A stretch of DNA of 64,000 bases from Thermoplasmata archaeon. GTDB lineage: Archaea; Thermoplasmatota; E2; JACPAO01; JAHFTW01. Under the pieces are notes generated by a model. That model searched no databases, was not told the DNA's origin, and was given only the letters and a program-made list of their open reading frames with translations. A program made the position numbers and the translations under genes. The stretch spans positions 576,001-640,000 of the forward strand of contig JAXDQS010000003.1 in the NCBI GenBank assembly GCA_034667725.1. The letters run 5' to 3'. Shown here one piece after another: positions 60,533 to 64,000 of the stretch (positions are counted from its first letter, which is position 1; each line of letters begins with the position of its first letter).

Positions 60533-62503
60533 ATGGGCTTCGAGGTCCTCGACCGCGCCGCCGCCGGCAGGCTCGGACGCTTCACGACGCCCCACGGCAA
60601 GGTCACCACCCCCGCCCTCATGCCGGTGGTGAACCCGAACCTGCAACTCTGGCCCACGGCAGAGCTGCGCAGCCGCTTCGGCGCCGAGATGGTCATCACC
60701 AACGCCTACGTCATCCAGAAGCACCAAGCCCTGCGGGACCAAGCCCTCGCCCAAGGCGTCCACAAGATGCTCGGCTGGGACGGCGCCGTCATGACCGACT
60801 CGGGCACCTTCCAGATGTACATGTACGGCGACCTGCAGCTCGACAACGCCACGGTCGTGGGCTTCGAGCGCGACATCCAGGTCGACGTCGGCACCTGCGT
60901 GGACCTGTTCGTCACCCCCGACATGGGCCGCCCCGAGGCCGAGGCCGCCGTCCGCACCACCATCGAGCGCACCAAGGAGGCCGCCGCGATGCGGGGCGGC
61001 ATGATGGTCAACGCCACCGTCCAAGGCGGCGTCCACTACGACCTGCGGAAGTCCTGCGCCGAGGCCTACCGAAGCCTGGACGTGGACTACCACACCATCG
61101 GCGGCGTCGTGCCCGTCATGGAGCGCCAGATGTACCCCGAGCTGGCCGAGATGATCCTCTGGAGCCAGGCCGGCCTCCGCAAGGACCGCCCCGTCCACCT
61201 GTTCGGCGCCGGGCATCCCCTCGTCTTCCCGCTCGCCGTCGCCCTCGGCTGCGACCTGTTCGACTCCTCCAGCTACGCCAAGTACGCCAAGGACGGCCGC
61301 ATGATGTTCGAGTGGGGCACCGCCCACCTGGCCGAGATGAACGAACTGCCCTGCAGCTGCCCGCCCTGCGCGAAGCACGGCGCCGACGGCCTCAAGGCGC
61401 TGCCCCCGAAGGAGCGCGAGCAGGCGCTCGCCGAGCACAACCTCCACGCCTGCTTCTCCGACCTGCGCCGCATCCGCGTGGCCATCCGCGAAGGAAGCCT
61501 ATGGGAACTGGTCGAGCAGCGCGCCGCCTGCCACCCGCTCTTGGCCGCGGCCACCCGCAAGCTCGGCGACCCGACCTACCAGCATTGGCTGGAGATGCGC
61601 GAGCCCGTCTCCGCCACCCGCGCATTGCGCTACACCGGCTCGCTCACGCACCAGCGGCCGATCTTCCGCCGCATCCGCGAACGCCTCCAGAGCCGCGTCG
61701 TGCCCCAAGGCGAGCCCATCACGGTCGAGGCCGACGGGCCCTACGCCAACGCCGGCGAGTCGCGCATCGAGCTGGGGATGCACAAGGAGCCGGACAACAA
61801 GCCCTACGGCGGCCGCCTGGGCAGCCTGGACCCCGAGATGGACCACGCCGTCATCTCGCCGCTCGGCCCCGTCCCCCTCGGCCTGGACGAGGCCTACCCG
61901 TTCGCCCAGTCGGTGCTGCCCCGCCTCGACCTCCTGGACCGCGGCCACATGGGCTGGGTCGGCGAGACCAAGGACCTGCTCCTGCAAGCCCACGGCTTCG
62001 TGCCCGCCATCCCCGGCCCCGGCGGCAAGCACGGCAAGGTGGACCTGGACCGCCTCCGGGTCGTGCGCACCGCCGACTGGCAGTTCGGCGCGGGCGCAGG
62101 CGCCGCCCTCACGGCCGGCGAGCTGCGCATCGAGAAGTCCGCCAACACCGAGAAAATCCGCACCGTCCACCTCGACGGCAAGCACGTCCTCAGCCTGCGC
62201 GCCCACGACGGCTTCTGGACCTTGAAGCTGGCCGGCGCCGAAATCCTGCTGCGGACGTTGCCCGCCCCCGCCAACCGCGTCGTCGTGAAGGCCGACTCCG
62301 TGCCGTTCAACCGCGCCGGCAAGTCGGTGTTCGCCCAGTTCGTGGCCGCCATGGACGAAGGGCTGCGCCCCGGCGACGAGTGCCTGGTGGTGACGGAGGC
62401 CGACGAGCTGGTGGCCGTCGGGCAGGCCCTGCTGGTGGCGGAGGAGGCGGCGGACTTCCAGAACGGCATGGCCGTGAAGGTGCGGGAAGGGAAGGCGGCG
62501 TGA
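60533..62503 (+). CDS. tgtA: Archaeal tRNA-guanine(15) transglycosylase
   Basis: TPALMPVVNP, MTDSGTFQ, VQGG, HLFGAGHP, DLFDS, CSCPPC..HN, C-terminal PUA domain. Confidence 0.95.
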   Translation: MGFEVLDRAAAGRLGRFTTPHGKVTTPALMPVVNPNLQLWPTAELRSRFGAEMVITNAYVIQKHQALRDQALAQGVHKMLGWDGAVMTDSGTFQMYMYGDLQLDNATVVGFERDIQVDVGTCVDLFVTPDMGRPEAEAAVRTTIERTKEAAAMRGGMMVNATVQGGVHYDLRKSCAEAYRSLDVDYHTIGGVVPVMERQMYPELAEMILWSQAGLRKDRPVHLFGAGHPLVFPLAVALGCDLFDSSSYAKYAKDGRMMFEWGTAHLAEMNELPCSCPPCAKHGADGLKALPPKEREQALAEHNLHACFSDLRRIRVAIREGSLWELVEQRAACHPLLAAATRKLGDPTYQHWLEMREPVSATRALRYTGSLTHQRPIFRRIRERLQSRVVPQGEPITVEADGPYANAGESRIELGMHKEPDNKPYGGRLGSLDPEMDHAVISPLGPVPLGLDEAYPFAQSVLPRLDLLDRGHMGWVGETKDLLLQAHGFVPAIPGPGGKHGKVDLDRLRVVRTADWQFGAGAGAALTAGELRIEKSANTEKIRTVHLDGKHVLSLRAHDGFWTLKLAGAEILLRTLPAPANRVVVKADSVPFNRAGKSVFAQFVAAMDEGLRPGDECLVVTEADELVAVGQALLVAEEAADFQNGMAVKVREGKAA

Positions 62504-62784
62504 CGGACTTCGCGGCCCGCGTCCACGCCTTCGTCCAAATGGTCCCAAAGGGGCGCGTCACCACCTACTCGGACGTCGCCCTCGCCGTCGGGCGCCCAGG
62601 AGCAGCCCGCGCCGTCGGCCGCGTCATGGCCGCCACCCCCGCACGCTCGCCCACGCCGTGCCACCGCGTCGTGCGCGCCGACGGGCGCGCCGCCGACGGC
62701 TTGGCGGGGCGGCTGCGGCGCGAGGGCGTGGCGGTCGACGCCGCCGGGCAGGTGCGCGGCTTCGCGGCGCTCCGGTGGCCTTAG
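62500..62784 (+). CDS. Single-domain MGMT-family alkyltransferase
   Basis: VPKGRVTTYSDVA, ARAVG, PCHRVV, LRREGV. Confidence 0.85.
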   Translation: MTDFAARVHAFVQMVPKGRVTTYSDVALAVGRPGAARAVGRVMAATPARSPTPCHRVVRADGRAADGLAGRLRREGVAVDAAGQVRGFAALRWP

Positions 62785-62793
62785 GGCTGGAAG

Positions 62794-62864
62794 TGCGCGA
62801 TACGGGATTTGAACCCATGCTGCTGCCTTGGCAAGGCAGCGTCCTACCACTAGACTAATCGCGC
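62794..62864 (-). tRNA. tRNA-Gly(GCC)
   Basis: Reverse complement folds: GCGCGAT/ATCGCGC acceptor, loop TTGCCAA, TTCAAAT. Confidence 0.95.
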
Positions 62865-62937
62865 GTTTCTCGGAGGCACCGGTCGCCCGGAACCGCCGAC
62901 GGGCCGGGCCACAGAAGGGTGCTATTTAGGCACGCCG

Positions 62938-63189
62938 GTGGACTTTCACTTGCCTGTCGCGAAGGGCCACGACGGCCTCGCGTTCTGCTGGGCCGTGCAA
63001 GGCTACGTGGCATGGGTCATGCAGTTTGGGACGCGGCTGTTCTGCAAGGACCGCGGGCGCGACGAGTGGACCGACCGGTTCCTGGACGCCGAGGTGATTC
63101 CGACGCTGCACGAGGCGACGCAGGCCGCGGCGCGCCGGCACGGCGAGGTCGAGGCGTGGCGGGACGCCTACATGTTCGAGGCGTCGTAG
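62938..63189 (+). CDS. Hypothetical protein
   Basis: GC-rich third positions; AT-rich element upstream. Confidence 0.45.
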   Translation: MDFHLPVAKGHDGLAFCWAVQGYVAWVMQFGTRLFCKDRGRDEWTDRFLDAEVIPTLHEATQAAARRHGEVEAWRDAYMFEAS

Positions 63190-63448
63190 GAGAGTGGGAC
63201 CCGGAGCCAAGGGCCATTGGGTTGGTGTGTCGGGGTGCGCGCGCTGGTGAACAACTCGACGCGCTGGCTCCGGGTGCCTGGCGATCGCCAGGCGGGCCCC
63301 GCACTGCGCCGCATCCGTGCCGGCTTGAAGCCCTGGAGCCTTCGGCACGGACGCGGCACAAGTGCCGAAATGCGCGCGCCTCCATAAAGGCTTCAGCAAT
63401 GCTTTCTTGAAGGGTGGGGGCGTCGTGCAGGGAGGTCGAGGTCGAAAA

Positions 63449-63724
63449 ATGCCCAACGAGACCCTGGCGTCCGTCAGCGTGCCCAAGGAACTGATGGAGC
63501 GCGCGGACCGCCTCATGGAGAAGTTCCCCGCCTTGGGGTTCCGCTCCCGCGGCCGGTTCACGGCGGCCGCCCTGCAAGAGTACCTGGCTGTCATGGAGCA
63601 GCGGGCCTACCACATGATGATCCTGGAGGGGCCCAACGCGGACGCGGGGGCGCCGAAGGGTGCCCTGGAGAGCCTGCGCGAGCCGCTGCCGGACGCGGGC
63701 CGCCGCCGCAAGGCGCGCCGCTAG
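63449..63724 (+). CDS. Ribbon-helix-helix (CopG/NikR-like) regulator
   Basis: SVSVPKELMERAD...GFRSR..F..AAL. Confidence 0.75.
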   Translation: MPNETLASVSVPKELMERADRLMEKFPALGFRSRGRFTAAALQEYLAVMEQRAYHMMILEGPNADAGAPKGALESLREPLPDAGRRRKARR

Positions 63725-63728
63725 CCGC

Positions 63729-64000
63729 CTACGCCACCGACGGGTCGCGGTCGTCCGAGGCCGGCAGGCTGCGGCCGCGCAAGGGGGCGAACACGGGGTT
63801 CCGCAGCTCGCGCTGGCACACGGCGGGCGCCTCGGCGCTGGCCGCCTCGCACCACAGCCACGCCTCCTCCAGGTCGCCGAGGCGGACGCACGCCTCGGAC
63901 AGGAGCATGGCGGTGGCGGCGCGGTCCTGCGGCGACCCGAGCCGGGACTGGACGGACGACAGGCAGCGCAGCACCTCGTTCCAGCGCTCCATCGAGTGGA
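63729..64000 (-). CDS. TPR-like helical protein, 3' part (probably truncated by window)
   Basis: EACVRLGDLEEA..W and ..NPVFAPLR end. Confidence 0.5.
   Translation of the reverse strand, partial: HSMERWNEVLRCLSSVQSRLGSPQDRAATAMLLSEACVRLGDLEEAWLWCEAASAEAPAVCQRELRNPVFAPLRGRSLPASDDRDPSVA

Noticed and set aside
62865-64000. Integrated element at tRNA-Gly
   Set aside because: These genes lie on the 5' side of the tRNA; no integrase or att duplication visible in the window

Overview
A very GC-rich (about 70% by eye) archaeal chromosome segment. The combination of Rps24e/Rps27ae, archaeal TGT, RFC small subunit, Nog1 and XPD with DNA gyrase, Smc-ScpAB and the LysW-type lysZJK genes fits a high-GC Thermoplasmatota lineage (inference). 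It is mostly housekeeping: lysZJK, XPD, gyrBA, smc-scpA-scpB, purF, PPi-type PFK, cystathionine genes, Mrp, rfcS, rnz, Nog1, type II glutamine synthetase, tgtA and three tRNAs. Accessory content includes a low-GC stand-alone OLD-family nuclease, two tandem secreted glycoside-hydrolase-like proteins with expansin/CBM63-like tails, and several small proteins. Most notable: (1) an FTR1 iron permease fused to an apparently extracellular ferrochelatase-like domain behind two DtxR-type palindromes; (2) a candidate ~115-nt structured sRNA (4709-4825) whose loop is complementary to the smc leader and to the glnA ribosome-binding region; (3) three REP-like palindromes built from 9-bp periodic units; (4) an alternating purine-pyrimidine tract in the gyrB promoter; (5) an Htr8-like sensor kinase and a pseudo-receiver protein. 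No CRISPR array, prophage or transposase was seen. Starts were hand-adjusted from the ORF track; family calls come from motif recognition, not database searches.
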